Below are positions 12,701 to 24,916 of a DNA stretch of 64,000 nucleotides, piece after piece (positions within the stretch are counted from its first letter, which is position 1; each line of letters begins with the position of its first letter). The notes under the pieces were generated by a model that saw only the letters and a program-made list of their open reading frames with translations, did not search any database and was not told where the DNA came from. The translations under genes and the position numbers were made by a program. The stretch spans positions 186,001 through 250,000 of the forward strand of contig NIVC01001424.1 in the NCBI GenBank assembly GCA_002269645.1. The letters run 5' to 3'. This stretch comes from Macrostomum lignano. Its lineage: Eukaryota.

Positions 12701-14680
12701 TTAAGGCGCATTGTACCCACAAGCCAAGAATGCATTCATTCATTTATCTATCATCAATGCCATCACAAAACGAAATTAAAGTGATTGCTTGTATTGTTGA
12801 ACCATCAAAAAACTTATTTTACATTATAATTACTTTATTTTAAATAGTTACAAAATTTTTTTTCATTTTTATATGACTTTTTAGCTAATAAAATTATATC
12901 TAGACTATATTTATTTTGGCCTACTTTTGCAATTACTAAAAAAGGCTATATTACTAAATTATTACTAATTATATTACTAAAATTACTAGTGTATAACTTA
13001 GATAGCTATGGCTAGGCCTATTTATTACCAGAGATAATGCTAAGCCCCTAATTAATTAGGACATAAATGTAAGAATGCATAAATGTAAGACTATGAAAGG
13101 CTATAGAGTATAGAAAATTTTGGCCAAGTAATGTTTTGGTAAAGTGCTATAATGTTCAGGCAAATAAAAAATGTTTATACAATATATTTAAGATTAAGAC
13201 CATTGCCTTGGAATTAAATACCCATAGTAGATGGAATAAACAATGTGGATTAAAAAGAAAATATTCCAGTAACTTTTTTGGCTTTAAGTACAAAATTTGA
13301 AAGCAGATAAACTGCCAACCTGGACACAGTAATGGCGCGCATAGCCATCTCACAAATAAAGTGTTAATGTAACAAATTGGAAACAACTTTGTTAGAACAA
13401 AAAAGTAATAGGCCTATTAAAAGTAACAAAAAGCAGTAAAATGAATGGACATGTAACAAGCCTTAAGACTACTCAAAAGATTTTTTGGGGGTGCTTTGTT
13501 AATGATATTGCTAAAAATGAAAATAGGTGCTAATGCTAAAGAATTTTTTCCAAAGTTTTTTATATTTCATACATCAAGCACTTAATCAGTCTTAATATTT
13601 TAATGAAAAAGAAGTCTTAAAATTACATAAAGAATTAGAAAGCATTTTCAATATATTACTAATATTAGGCCTAATAAAAATTAAGCCTTATTTATTGATC
13701 TGCATTTTTTAGGCCCCTAGTCTCTCTCAGTCTCAGACTAAGATCAGACTGGTGGACTAAGGGTCATTCACTGGCCATCTCAAAGATTAACAAGTACTAC
13801 TTGTATTGTAACCAGTCGATCAGAAGATTTCTGGCTAGGACTGCCATGACTTGCTCCTGTCGCTGTCGCGAGCTGTCAACAGATGCACCGCCACCGCGCG
13901 CGCCTAAGTAATAATTATTGATCGACTGGAATCACTCGACTGGCGGATAGCAGTTAAAAAACTCCCTATAGTGTTGAACGGTAAAACAAATTTTTACGTA
14001 CTTTTTCTATACTAACAAGCATAATTTTTACCGTATAATTTAGGAACAAAAAACTAAAACACTGCTTTATTTTCGAAATAATAGTACTTTCTAACTAGGC
14101 TGGAAATTTCTTTATTAGATTGTACGAGCTACGTTAAAGCGCCCAAGCACGCATTTACAGTTTAATCGCATTTAGACCTGTACAGTATTTGCTTACTCTT
14201 ACAGTACTTACAGTACTATACGCTGTACTTATATTTCTTATCATGCGCAATGGGGTTATAGAATATAGGATAGTTACATGTACAGTAGAATAAACCGCAT
14301 TATTAAATTCGTAAAACAATTGAAAGATCAGAACCAAGTCTAAACGCCTACTGTTAAAAACACTGTGAGTTGTCTGTTTCGCTGAATCCTCAAAACATAT
14401 ATACACATGCATGTCAGATGTTTTGCGCAAAGTGCGCTGCAGATACACTGCACATGTACGCGTACTACTGTACGAAGGCTCAGTTCACAGGCTCGCGTTT
14501 ACATGCATACGGAGACTGTACTACTGTATCGCGCGCCGAGCTACAATAATGTAGTCAACCCCAGCTACCTGTTGCGCCATATCAGCAGCAACAAGGCCAT
14601 GTAGCTGCATGGCAGCAGGCACAATAATATCGTATATGCTCGTATTTGCACATGCATACTAAAGGCGACATATGCAACTA

Positions 14681-17426
14681 CCCTAGATGAAGTTCTGTTT
14701 ACTCATTCTTGGCAGATCTGTTCTTACTTAAATTTCTTAGCAGATCTGTGAATTTTGGTTAACACATTCTTAACAGATCTGTTCTTACTTAAATCTCTTA
14801 GCAGATCTGTATCTGCTTTTGTCTTACAAGATCTTACAAATCTTTGCAAGCCATTTTTTATTGTTTGGTACGTAAAAAACATTCGTGATTTTTTAGAAAA
14901 TACTTATTAGGTAAAGAGAAAACAAAATTTCCAACTGTATATCAGAAAAAAGACTTTCGTATATTTTCACATTTCTCTGCTGGATCTTGTCAGATCAGTT
15001 CTTGCAGATCTGTACAGACCAGTTTTGAAAAGTGTCTGAATTGTTTTTTTCCACAAAATATTTAACATAATAGTAATTACGTTTTTTAATGATTTGTATT
15101 TATTTTAGTTGTTCTTCTGGCAGCCAACAGTAAATGAATTTGTTTAAATATTTTTTCCGCAGTTCTGAACATAGTGGACCCTTATAGTTTGAATTCTCGC
15201 TCTTGCAATTTATCCATCTATCTCAGTTCTTTCTTTTGACTTAGCCGAATACGTAATTTTTAATTCCTTAAATTGTTTCATAGTGTAGTATCACTGTTTT
15301 TTTTACTTTTTTTAGCCATAATAACTTTTTTGATTGAGTATAGCTATGGCTTTAAATGAAGAGCAGATCGCGTCATCAATTAAAAAAATTTGACATAATT
15401 GACAGACTGACTATAAAATGTATGATATGCTATATATATATCTATATCATATATATATCTAGGCTTGTTTCCTACTCCCAGGCCTATAAGTATGAGTAGG
15501 CCTAGGCCTATGACTTTGTTCTATGCTTTAATAGAAACAGAATGCATGTCTAGACCTAGTGATGTTGTCCATTAATAATTCATTAATCCATTAATAATTC
15601 AGAAATTCAGTTTACATACATAGATCAGTATTTTTTGTAGTCTTTTGCATTTCATTATATTATATTTATATATACATACCTAGTTCTAGCCCCTAGGCTA
15701 GGCTAGGGCTAGGCTAGTTCTAGTGACCTAGCTAGTAAGTAAATCTTAATTAAATAGGTCTATTCTGTTTTTGTTTGTTTTATATATGCTTATCTAGATT
15801 TATAAATAAGTAGACTGACATATCTGTAAAACTTGGTTTTAATCCCTCCTTGATTTTAAACACTTAGGTTAAGAGTGTAATTTCTATTTTTAGTAAATAG
15901 TGTTATAACTAGGCTTATCATTTTAATTTTAAAATAAAAAGGCCCTACTCTACTAAAAATTGTAATTGCTATATAGGGTATAGTTTTTATGAATTAGAAT
16001 TAAACCTGGATGCTTAAATATAGGCTTATGGTTGTTAGAAAGTTATCTTAAGCCTTGACCTACTATTTGAAGAATACATATAGGCATAGCAAAATCTAAA
16101 AGTATTTATACTAGATAGGCCTAGATAAATAATATGAAAAATATAGAATAGAAGAAAAACATAGGTCTAAATTTAATTAGGTCTAAAAGAACTTTTACAA
16201 AAGTTATTACTCTGACTATTAAAAAACATAACAACGATATTTGTTTTATATTTTAGTTATTTTGAATTGAATATTAATGTTTAAAATCCCAAAACTTTAC
16301 TACAATTTTCCCTTTCATTCATGCTACTTTACATGGTCAATATGGCATCGCTACTTATGGGTTCCAAGCTTGTCTTTATACCAAGTGGCAAAGTGGCAAG
16401 CATCCTATGATTGCTAAAAAAAAAATGAAGCCAGCCTAAAGTAAAAATGCAACATGATAAAGAGCCCTTAAGTATTACTAAGAGCTCTTATAGACCTACT
16501 TTTATTGATAACAAAGTAAGCTTTCTAGCAATATTGACTTTAAAATCTTTCAGTACCATGCTTGGGAGCAACTTTGGGATTCCCTCGGCCGTTTCTATTG
16601 GCAACACACACACACATGTAAGTCGCTATTGGACGGAATAGTAGTCACGTGACTGCTCTCAGCCAATAGCAACTTACATGTGTGTGTTGCCAATAGAAAC
16701 GGCCGGGTGATTCCCAAAGTTGTGCATGTATGTTCAGTACTGGACTCTTTCAGTTTCAATTATTTGCAAACCAATTTAATTGTACATTGTAGTAAAAGAT
16801 GCACCTGGTTTTTTTCAAATGTTTCTGCTTCTATTTTTTAGTTTAAAAGTATTGCTCACCCTAATTTTATTAGTCCATTGTACCATTAGTATTTTTCCTA
16901 TTGAATGTGTGCTTAACTTTTGTTTTGAAGCTGACTTATTTTTTGCTTGTGCTATTTCCCTTGTGCATACAAGTTTTATTTCATGAGCATATATGTGTAT
17001 TTGTTTACATTTTCACAAATAAATATGCCTACTTTATTTTGATTGTTCAATGACATTTGCTTTTGTTCTGGCAGCTTACTAGCACAATACTAAAAGTGCA
17101 GAATCAAATAAGAAAGTCCTGTCATAACTCGTGTTCTTTATTGGAATTAAATTAGTGCATTGGGGTTTTATAAATGGATTACTAAACAGATCTGGGAAGA
17201 TTTGATAAGACGGACAATGCATTCAATTGGTAAAGCTTAATACATCTTACAAGATCTGCCCAGATCTCCTAAGATCTGCTCGTGAAGACCATGCAAGATC
17301 TTCCTGCAGATCTTGTAAGTTCTGCCTATATATTTTAATAGTGCAGATCAGTTACGTTCTTGCAAGAACGTAGCGAGAAGCTCCAGACAGATCTGCTAAG
17401 AAATGGCATGACGATTTCATCTACAG
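14681..17426. mobile_element. Putative 2.7-kb decayed TIR element with AGATCT subterminal repeats, flanked by TA
   Basis: ta|ccctagatgaa...ttcatctacag|ta. Clusters of cagatctg/aagatct at 14720-15015 and 17185-17400 in mirrored context (ttctt(a/g)gcagatctg versus cagatctgctaagaa). Confidence 0.55.
16557..16732. mobile_element. Palindromic MITE, P-like termini, 176 bp
   Basis: Perfect 8-bp TSD ttcagtac (16549-16556 and 16733-16740). Long fold-back arms centred on agtcacgtgact. Right end gttgtgcatgtatg. Confidence 0.88.
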
Positions 17427-17569
17427 TATAGCTAGTCGATAGCAATGAGTCAGATTCAGCATGCAGTCAATACCAATTCCGCTAGCTGACCCTAAGCCCG
17501 CACAAGGAGACGTACATGCCATGCAGACACTGCACATGCCATGGCACACACAGCAAAAAGGCTTGGGTG

Positions 17570-18210
17570 CAGGGGCGTAGCCAGAGGGGGCAAGGGGGGC
17601 CGTGGCCCCCCCCCCCCAATCACCAACTCTGGCCTTGGCGCCCCCCCCCCCTAAAAGAAACTGGCGCCCCCCCCCTAAAAGAAACTGGCGCCCCCCCTAT
17701 AAGAAACTGGCGCCCCCCCTATAAGAAACTGGCGCCCCCCTATAAGAAACTGGCGCCCCCCCCCCTAATAGAAACTGGCGCCCCCCCTCTAAAAGAAACT
17801 GGCACCCCCCTAAAAGAAACTGGCGCCCCCCTCTAAAAGAAACTGGCGCCCCCCCCCCCCCTAAAAGAAACTGGCGCCCCCCCTAAAAGAAACTGGCGCC
17901 CCCCCCCCTAAAAGAAACTGGCGCCCCCCCTATAAGAAACTGGCGCCCCCCCTATAAGAAACTGGCGCCTCCCCCCTAATAGAAACTGGCGCCCCCCCCC
18001 TCTAAAAGAAACTGGCACCCCCCCTAAAAGAAACTGGCGCCCCCCCTCTAAAAGAAACTGGCGCCCCCCCCCTAAAAGAAACTGGCGCCCCCCCCCCCCT
18101 AAAAGAAACTGGCGCCCCCCCCCCTATAAGAAACTGGCGCCCCCCTATAAGAAGCTGGCGCCCCCTAACTCACGCCCCCCCCCCAATCAAAATTCCTGGC
18201 TACGCCCCTG
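17570..18210. mobile_element. hAT-like MITE, 641 bp, with internal (ctaaaagaaactggcgccccc)n minisatellite
   Basis: 15-bp TIR caggggcgtagccag / ctggctacgcccctg. Perfect 8-bp TSD cttgggtg (17562-17569 and 18211-18218). Confidence 0.93.
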
Positions 18211-18803
18211 CTTGGGTGCAAAGCGGCCCTGATGACTTTCTCTTCACCAAGGTAGATTTAACTTACATGTCTACTAGTACATGTAATTCGTGTCGTGAGA
18301 GGGTTTGACGTACACATTACCTGATACAAAGTCGAACGAAAATCGAACTTGAGTCGAGATGCCGATACATTATACAATAATTATAACTGACCGCTGATCC
18401 GCCTGCATGGCTATGTGCCTAATGCACTCCAACTTCTAACGTAGAATAGAAGTAAAATAAATCAAATCTCTGCTCAGTCTGCAGATGTCTATTATTCATT
18501 CTCGATATGAATCATTAACCGACTGGAGCGTGAGTATGAACTTATTATTCGCACATGAGTGAAAGTTAATTCGTATAATGACGAAAAATATAATTTCAAA
18601 AGAAACTATACATAACCGCGCCGGGTATCCATGGAGACGACGCAAAATACGATCGTAATATGAGGCCAACCGTTTTTTTTAATAAACCTGTATCTGCATT
18701 ATGTCGCCCCTATCGATCAGTTAGTTATTCGCGTCCTTTTTTCGGAACATGTTTCTCAAACGAAATGTAATTAAAGAGACATGCAGGATCGAGCCGCGTC
18801 TAA

Positions 18804-18835
<32 letters not shown>

Positions 18836-19190
18836 CGGAATAAATGAGACGCTCAGAACTAATTGGAATGCTGCGCAGAACTGAGCTCCCTGGGGATCAT
18901 GTTGCGATTCTCTTCTCAGTGCCTGTAGTGTAATGCCCTAAAGAAGATCTTGCCATAAATATTCAATTCTTCTACTTACAAAATATGCGCATTGCATTGG
19001 CCATTATATTGAAGTTGAACGAACAATACCGCCATGCATGAAAGCAATAAATAGGCGGGAGTCCACCGTACGGAGAATGAACCTTTCTGGGCTGCATGTT
19101 CTTTTAGTTAAAAGCAATTCAACAGTTTTTTTTTCAACTTCGCGTTGATGCACTGCATGGAGCTACTGCCTGCATGCAAAAATGATTTTA

Positions 19191-19500
19191 GGGGGTTGTA
19201 GCCTTAAGTGGTTAGAGCACCCCACTCGCGACTGAAAGGTCCAGGGGTTCGATTCTCGACCCAGCACTGCACTGGGAACAATTTTTGTCCTTGAGCAAGA
19301 CACTACTAATACTCGGCATTGCTTCAGTTCACCTAGCTGTAAAATAGGTGCCAGCATTAGCTGGGGTAATTGACGGTGTGTTTGGCGACCTCCCAGTCCT
19401 TGGACTGAACAGCCGTACGCAGCCTTTTATAGATGCGCCGCGCAATAGCTGCGACTAAGCTTTCGGTTGCACATCTGGCCATTAGGGTATTGAATATTAC
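19191..19500 (+). mobile_element. tRNA-derived SINE, better-preserved copy B
   Basis: A box tagccttaagtgg and B box ggttcgattc, followed by a non-tRNA body shared with 7327-7790. Anticodon arm does not pair. Confidence 0.8.
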
Positions 19501-19989
19501 TAAATGCATTTCCGAGAAAGTCGAGTACAACGTCTTTCTACTGTAGTTGTCCACGCGGTTCAAAGGAGAATAGATAGTGAACAAAAGTGCAAACGATGAA
19601 CTCTTACCGATATAGCGCGATGCCATCAGTGGCTATGCAACTCCATTTAGTGCTATTTGTATAGTGTCTATATAGCTTCATCATTAGACTAGAGAATCGC
19701 CATTTAATCGGGACAATGCGCGGATCGAGTTTCTCCCTATAGTAGCGATCGGTCGGAGGGAGGGGCGAGATAAAGGTTCAAACAAATTATAGGAACTGAC
19801 GGAGTCGTCCTGTGTGTTTTGTAACCGAGTAAAAAAAGTCACGCACTTAGAGGATGGGAATTATATGAAGCTTTCTCTTCGATTTTACGTAATAGTGCGC
19901 TTGTATTGATAAAATTTGCAACTAACCAGAAATGCATGACTACTTTAATGCATTTTAGTCACTGGATCAGGTTTATCCGTTCACTGCTT

Positions 19990-22115
19990 CTCACAGTGTC
20001 TGCCATCTGTTCACTAGTATCTGACACAGTCTCACGGACTACTTAAGTAGAAGGACGTAACACTCTAAAATGGTGCAAATTTTTTTGAAGGCCGATTTTT
20101 CAAACTGCTGCCATTTTTTTTCTTTGCAGATAAAGAGCTGATTCTTTCACCAGGTTGTCCAGAATTTATTCCAGTTTTATATAAAATATTAGTTTGTAGC
20201 TTTAAAAGCATTTTTGCGGAATAAAAGTACAGTAGAGTACATGTACCCCTAGAAATTCCAAAAGCTACGAAGCTAGGACACTATGAAGATGATCCTACTG
20301 CTCTTTAAAAGTTACTCAAGATGACTAATTACTCAGAACTAGGCATACATTCATTCTCTACACAGTAACAAAAAAACAACGCAAAGACAATCGCATCCTG
20401 CAGACCTGCTGTAGGAAGCTGTAGCGAAAAGTTTTGTATAAAACTTGGAAGAAATAAACCTAGAGAATAATAAGTGATTTGTATTTACAAACTACAATAA
20501 ACATGTAAATAATAATTTCAAAAATGCAAAACGAAAACTTCTAAAACTTTACAAAAACTGTAAAGCACAAGCTAAACGATCTCTACTACAAGCAATAAAG
20601 CACAAAATCGGACTTCAAAAAAATTTCCACGAAATCCGAGTGTAACGTCCTCTATCTACTAGTGGTCCTTGCACAGTCTTTCATCTGTTCACTAGTATCT
20701 GACACAGTCTTTCATCTGTTCACTAGTATCTGACACAGTCTTTCATCTGTTCACTACAGTATCTGACACAGTCTTTCATCTGTTCACTAGTATCTGACAC
20801 AGTCTTTCATCTGTTCACTACAGTATCTGACACAGTCTTTTATCTGTTCACTACAGTATCTGACACAGTCTGCCATCTGTTCACTACAGTATCTGACACA
20901 GTCTTTCATCTGTTCACTACAGTATCTGACACAGTCTTTTATCTGTTCACTACAGTATCTGACACAGTCTTTCATCTGTTCACTAGTATCTGACACAGTC
21001 TTTCATCTGTTCACTAGTATCTGACACAGTCTTTCATCTGTTCACTAGTATCTGACAAAGTCTTTCATCTGTTCACTAGTATCTGACACAGTCGGTCACC
21101 TGTTCACTACTATCTGACACAGTCTTTCATCTGTTCACTAGTATCTGACACAGTCTTTCATCTGTTCACTAGTATCTGACACAGTCTGTCATCTGTTCAC
21201 TGCAGTATCTGACACAGTCTTTCATCTGTTCACTACAGTATCTGACACAGTCTCTGCCATCTCTTCACTACAGTATCTGACACAGTCTGTCATCTGTTCA
21301 CTACAGTATCTGACACAGTCTGTCACCTGTTCACTACTATCTGACACAGTCTGTCATCTGTTAACTAATATCTGACACAGTCTGGCATCAGTTCAGTAAC
21401 ATCTGACACAGTCTGGCATCAGTTCACTGCAGTATCTGACACAGTCTGTCATCTGTTCACTACAGTATCTGACACAGTCTGCCATCTGTTCACTGCAGTA
21501 TCTGACACAGTCTGTCGGTCTGTTCACTACAGTATCTGACACAGTCTTTTATCTGTTCACCACAGTATCTGACACAGTCTGTCGGTCTGTTCACTACAGT
21601 ATCTGACACAGTCTGCCATCTGTTCACTACAGTATCTGACACAGTCTGTCATCTGTTCACTACAGTATCTGACACAGTCTGTCGGTCCGTTCACTACAGT
21701 ATCTGACACAGTCTGTCGGTCTGTTCACTACAGTATCTGACACAGTCTGTCATCTGTTCACTACAGTATCTGACACAGTCTCTGCCATCTCTTCACTACA
21801 GTATCTGACACAGTCTCTGCCATCTCTTCACTACAGTATCTGACACAGTCTGTCATCTGTTCACTACAGTATCTGACACAGTCTGTCACCTGTTCACTAC
21901 TATCTGACACAGTCTGTCATCTGTTAACTAATATCTGACACAGTCTGGCATCAGTTCAGTAACATCTGACACAGTCTGGCATCAGTTCACTACAGCATCT
22001 GACACAGTCTCCGTCATCTGTTCACTACAGCATCTGACACAGTCTCCGTCATCTGTTCACTACAGCATCTGACACAGTCGCCGTCATCTGTTCACTAACA
22101 TCTGTCACAGTCTGG
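19990..22115. repeat. 31/33-bp minisatellite (cacagtctttcatctgttcacta[ca]gtatctga)n, split by a transposon
   Basis: About 1.5 units at 19990-20032 and roughly 44 units at 20672-22115. Confidence 0.92.
20033..20671. mobile_element. Non-autonomous TIR element, 639 bp, CACGG/CAAGG termini (P-like)
   Basis: About 65-bp imperfect TIRs (cacggactact..aggacgtaacactc..aatttttttgaaggccgatttt versus reverse complement caaggaccact..aggacgttacactc..aatttttttgaagtccgatttt). 8-bp direct repeat cacagtct at 20025-20032 and 20672-20679. Confidence 0.8.
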
Positions 22116-22880
22116 CAGATAAGACAAGAGCAAAACCAACACTGGCCTTTAAAAGACTTAATTTAGTCGAACACATTGGTCGCACTCATATACATGATTT
22201 AATGTAATATATTAGCTTTTTTATTATCATCAATAAGTTATTAGGAGACGCATACATGTATATGAGCTAACAGTACAAACTTATACACTCTGACTGTGCA
22301 CTTTATAATAAAAAAGTCGTTTGCTCCTAACACACGCTTAGCTAATTAATAAACAAGTTTTTTGTCAGCACAAAACCACAATCTGATTGTGAAAATGTAG
22401 AGGTACTAATTATTCCTTGTGAAAAGAATATAACGCAAATTATGTTCAAGGTAGATATTTAGGATTTAAAACAACAACACACGCGATGGACAAGACTAAA
22501 CAACTCTGCATTAGCATAAAGCTCTACTTTACGGTCAAGCGCTAGACTATCTTAGAGTCTGGCCAAAGACAAATTTGCGGTAATAAAAAATCCGACTTCC
22601 GAAAATCGAACGTAGCGTACTGATCTATACGCGGTTTAACAAATTGACGCGAAAGCGTACAGACACTGAAGGATTAACATATTTGTGCAATGTATGAGCA
22701 TGGATGAACTATAGTCAGTCCGTTACAGTTATATTGTACTTGACTAAAGTACAAAAGTTAAACAGTTATAAAAGGGCTTCTTGAGTACAGCTGTTTTCAT
22801 TGGAGCTATTTAACATGCTAAAAAGGAATGTTTCAATTTAATATTTTACTATCTAAATGGTTCACAATTTATACCTAAAC

Positions 22881-23612
22881 CAGGGGTCAGCAAACTTTCT
22901 TACTTCAAGGACCAGATAAAGAGTTCAGCTCATGTCTGCGGGTCAGATGAGCCTGGAAAGGAGAGGGAATTAAAGATGAGAGATGAAAGAAGAGAGTAGA
23001 GGCGATCGATGGGATGAGAAAAAAAGAGAAGGGAAGAAGAGAGAGAAGAGAGAGAAGAGAGAGAAAGAGGAGAGGGAGGAGAGGGGAGAGAAGAGAGAGA
23101 AGAGAGGAGAGAGAAGAATAGAGGGGAGAGAATTGAGAGAGAAGAGAGGGGAAGAGGAGAGGAGAGGGGGAGAGAAGAGAGAAGAAGAGAGGGGAGAGAA
23201 GAGAGAGGAGAGAGGGGAGAGAAGAGAGAGAAGAGAGAGAAGAGAGGAGAGAGAAGAATAGAAGGGAGAGAAGAGAGAAGAAGAGAGGAGAGAGAAGAAG
23301 AGAGGGGAGAGAAGAGAGAGAAGAGAGAGAAGAGAGGAGAGAGAAGAATAGAGGGGAGAGAATTGAGAGAGAAGAGAGAAGAGAGAAGAAGAGAGGAGAG
23401 AGAAGAGAGAGAAGAGAGAAGAAAGAAGAAGAGAGGGGAAGAGGAGAGGGGGAGAGTGGAGAGAAGAGAGAAGAAGAGAGAAGAGAGAGAAGAGAAAGCG
23501 CTGAAAAGAGACAAAAGCCTTGAGCAGGCCGTATTGCTATTGTGAAGTTTCAAAGGTCCCGAAGGCCCGGATAGAGAGAGGCTTCAAGGACGCATGTGGC
23601 CCGCTTAAACGA
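22881..23612 (+). mobile_element. hAT-Charlie (MER58-like) element, right TIR lost, with internal GA-rich satellite
   Basis: Starts caggggtcagcaaactt...aaggaccagata...gcgggtcagat and ends aggcccggat...gcatgtggcccgc. This is the shape I recognise for Charlie-type MITE ends. Confidence 0.6.
22975..23500. repeat. GA-rich polypurine satellite (gagagaaga / gagaggaga variants)
   Basis: Almost pure A/G on the + strand. Confidence 0.95.
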
Positions 23613-23836
23613 TTAAAATTCGTTTTACCGAAGCGGGTTTCCTAAACATTCGCCATAGACAAAATCGGTCAAAAAAATCGGTTAATTTCGGTTAGTCTCT
23701 GGCAGCATTTAATAAAAAATGCTTGATACACTCGCCAGTTTCACCAGTTTCACAAAACGCCTGAGCTTGCTATAGCTTCATTCTCAGAAGCTCATAAATT
23801 ACCTTATAGGCTTAGAATTGCCCGCACTTTCTTAGA

Positions 23837-24555
23837 TCAGAGCACCGGCGGGATGCTGGCAGCGAGTGAGCTGTGACGCCGGTGCTGTCGGTTCAGCAGG
23901 CACCGGGGCACCGTCTCCTGAATCATGTCCGTGATGGAGTTGCGGCCCAGGCCCGGTTGGGGCAGCAGTATCCTGGCTGGGTCGTGAAGCTGACACGGCT
24001 GCAGCTGTTGCTGCTGTTGCTGCTGTTGCCTCAGTTGTCTCATGGGACTGACAGGCGAGTAGTAACAGCTCGAGCATCCGTTGCCATGGAAACTGCCGCC
24101 GGCGTGTCCGTGCTGAAAGAACTGGTGCGCATCCATGTTGTTATTATTGTTGCTAACGCTGCTATTGTTGTTGTTATTGTTGTTGATGCCAGAGTACACC
24201 CTAGCGTAGTGCGATGTGGTGCAGCATGAGTAGAAGAACAGGCCGACTCCGCTGAGCAGCAGGATGGTGCCGGCTGCCAGGGTGGCCCGGTGACCGGTCA
24301 CCAATGCCGCCCAACCGGTAAGAGCGGCGCCGATGACCAGACAGCTCAGGATGAGGCAGATGAGGCTGGCGAACAGTGCGCGACGACAACGGGACGGAGT
24401 GCACTCGCACCGGCCGATGTAGGACTGAATGCCGCTTCTGTGCAGTTTGGCTCGCCGATGCCTCTGCTGCTGCTGCTGCTGGTGATGCCGCAGCAGGGAG
24501 GGAAAGTGCGCCTCAAAGCTGCTGGCCTGCTGCGATGGAGGCGGAGGTGGCGGAG

Positions 24556-24597
<42 letters not shown>

Positions 24598-24916
24598 TTT
24601 GGGATCCATTGTTACCGTCACATTCGATGATGACATCCTGCAGCAGCTGGTGCTGCTGATGATGATAGCCCGGATGCAGCTGATGATGAGACTGCGCCGC
24701 AGCTGGCGAGAGCTGCTGATGATGGAACTGCGGCAGATCCGGCGGTGGAAACGGAAATTTAGTTCCACTGGCAGGGACCGCGGAGTCCTTGGCTGGCGCA
24801 GGATGAAGACGGATCATTGTGCTTTGGTTGTAGAGCGATTGGAGCGATGGGTGCCCGGCTGTCACAACCGCTCTGACTGCCGAGTGTGGGGGGGGGTTTA
24901 TCTGCCTTCCCTGCAT
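23837..24916 (-). CDS. Orphan poly-Q/His-rich protein with two predicted TM helices (~359 aa)
   Basis: Open frame 24994-23837. Acceptor tttgcag at 24962-24961, then ATG at 24916. Hydrophobic segments ALFASLICLILSCLVIGAALTGWAALV and ATLAAGTILLLSGVGLFFYSCC. An upstream coding exon is possible. Confidence 0.55.

Noticed and set aside
18229-18235. CTGATGA hammerhead core (also at 45009-45015)
   Set aside because: No stem II followed by GAAA and no cleavage-site helix nearby.
19191-19265. Possible tRNA gene
   Set aside because: A and B boxes are present, but the anticodon and acceptor stems do not pair and the sequence continues into a body shared with a second copy. It is a SINE head.
20672-22115. 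CRISPR-like appearance of the 31-45-bp arrays (also 34118, 48085, 49085, 54505)
   Set aside because: Units are directly adjacent with no unique spacers, there are no cas genes, and the context is eukaryotic.
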